DNA of 63,269 nt, the filler included, from Rhabdomonas costata (Eukaryota), in NCBI GenBank assembly GCA_019059605.1. It is 52 parts of 52 records of this genome, joined end to end, with 100 filler letters (N's around TTAATTAATTAA, not from the genome) between each part and the next. Parts side by side here need not be neighbours in the genome. Positions count along the whole stretch, not along the records: positions 62,152 to 63,269 come from JAHMHO010027693.1; 51 more parts are not named here. One strand, written 5' to 3'. Both the position numbers and the translations under genes were made by a program. Shown here in pieces: positions 62,447 to 63,269 of this stretch; the stretch's first letter is position 1; the number at the start of each line of letters is the position of its first letter. The notes under the pieces are model-generated. The model had not been told where the DNA came from and did not search any database. It saw only the letters and a list, made by a program, of their open reading frames with translations.

Positions 62447-63133
62447 ACTGCACTACAAGGTGGACGCCCCGATCTCAATCAATTCGGTGTTCTATGTGGG
62501 TCAGTCCCACACGGAGAAGTTCGGCATTGCCCGCCTGGAGCCCAACGTCAACCTGTACTGCAGGTATGCCGTGTTGGTGTTGGGTGGAAGATCACCAGTC
62601 ACTCCGTAGCCTTTCCTTGACAAACCGGGCCCTGTAGGTGTGGATATTGCTCCAGTGCAGATAGGTTGGTTGTTTTTTGACGTGCTGTTTTCTTTGAGTC
62701 TTTGTTTTCATTAATTAAAAATAATTGTAGTTGCGACGGCTCACAGGAAGGTACTGATCAAGGCGAAGGCAAAGGACGTTCTGCCGGAATGGCTGAGGTG
62801 CCCTCTCGCCCCCCCCCCCTCTCTTCGCAACATGCTGCTCGGCGTGATCAGCGCACACCTTGGCTGTGCATCTTTTCTTTTTGATGCTTTTTATGAGGAC
62901 AAGACTCAGATGACTTCGGTCGTCCGTTTGGGGTTATTCCAAAGAACTGCTCTCCATTCTTCTGTTAGCTTTTGTGCATTATCGGTTTCCTGAGGGGTGG
63001 GGTCGGGGGGAAGGTTTGTCCATGCTGTGGTGGACTCTGAGGACCTCCCGCTGAACATCTCCCGCGAGAACACTCAGGACAGTGCGCAGATCCGCAAGCT
63101 TAATGGAGTGCTTACGGCGCGGCTCATTAAATG
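62447..63133 (+). CDS. TRAP1: Mitochondrial Hsp90 (TRAP1/Hsp75), partial; exons 62447-62563, 62747-62797 and 63014-63133
   Basis: [17 protein letters not shown]...[41 protein letters not shown] with two in-frame GT-AG introns. Confidence 0.92.
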
Positions 63134-63269
63134 GTATGTAGCGAGCCGCGCACAAGGAGCCACATATCCCCAAGCACGCCGCGTTATTTATTGTTTTGTA
63201 TGAGCTCTTGGGTTGCCTGAGTCTCTTTCTTTTGTTTTTCCTTGGGTGAGGTGCTTGCCGCGATCCCTT

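Noticed and set aside
6-63203. Most ORF-track entries of 60-200 aa as genes
   Set aside because: They are antisense or off-frame shadows of GC-rich exons, run through introns or N-runs, or come from microsatellites (for example poly-Cys at 50897-51097).
1-63269. Operon-like clustering of nrdJ, glf, SSADH and glycosyltransferases
   Set aside because: They are on separate contigs and each has spliceosomal intron signals, so adjacency is artificial.

Overview
This window is not one locus. It is a pseudo-scaffold of 52 unrelated contigs of about 1.12 kb, joined by 100-nt N/TTAATTAATTAA/N linkers. Most contigs start with G/T-only bases and end with A/C-only bases, and about ten ends carry fold-back hairpins, which points to a whole-genome-amplified (single-cell or low-input) library. 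The DNA is from an intron-rich eukaryote: short GC-rich exons sit between GT-AG and several GC-AG introns. The gene content suggests a euglenozoan, most plausibly a euglenid (inference): B12-dependent class II ribonucleotide reductase, several class III receptor-type nucleotide cyclases, ERG4 and a flagellar CFAP96-like protein. Other recognisable gene fragments are SAPS/PP6R, SSADH-type aldehyde dehydrogenase, GT10 and GT71 glycosyltransferases, TMEM245/AI-2E, Wee1/Myt1 and CDK11-like kinases, BTB, bacterial-type UDP-galactopyranose mutase, ABCG/ABCB, EXO1, a complete MSS4/RABIF, THOC5, TPR, histidine phosphatase and TRAP1. Mobile-element remnants include a Ty3/Gypsy protease, a tyrosine recombinase and a possible Penelope-like RT. 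The most notable observations are a six-cysteine module encoded as one symmetric phase-1 exon in three contigs, spliceosomal introns whose two ends can base-pair, frequent GC donors, and several enzymes with substituted catalytic residues. No linked multi-gene system can be shown, because adjacency between contigs is artificial. All family calls come from motif recognition by eye, not database searches.
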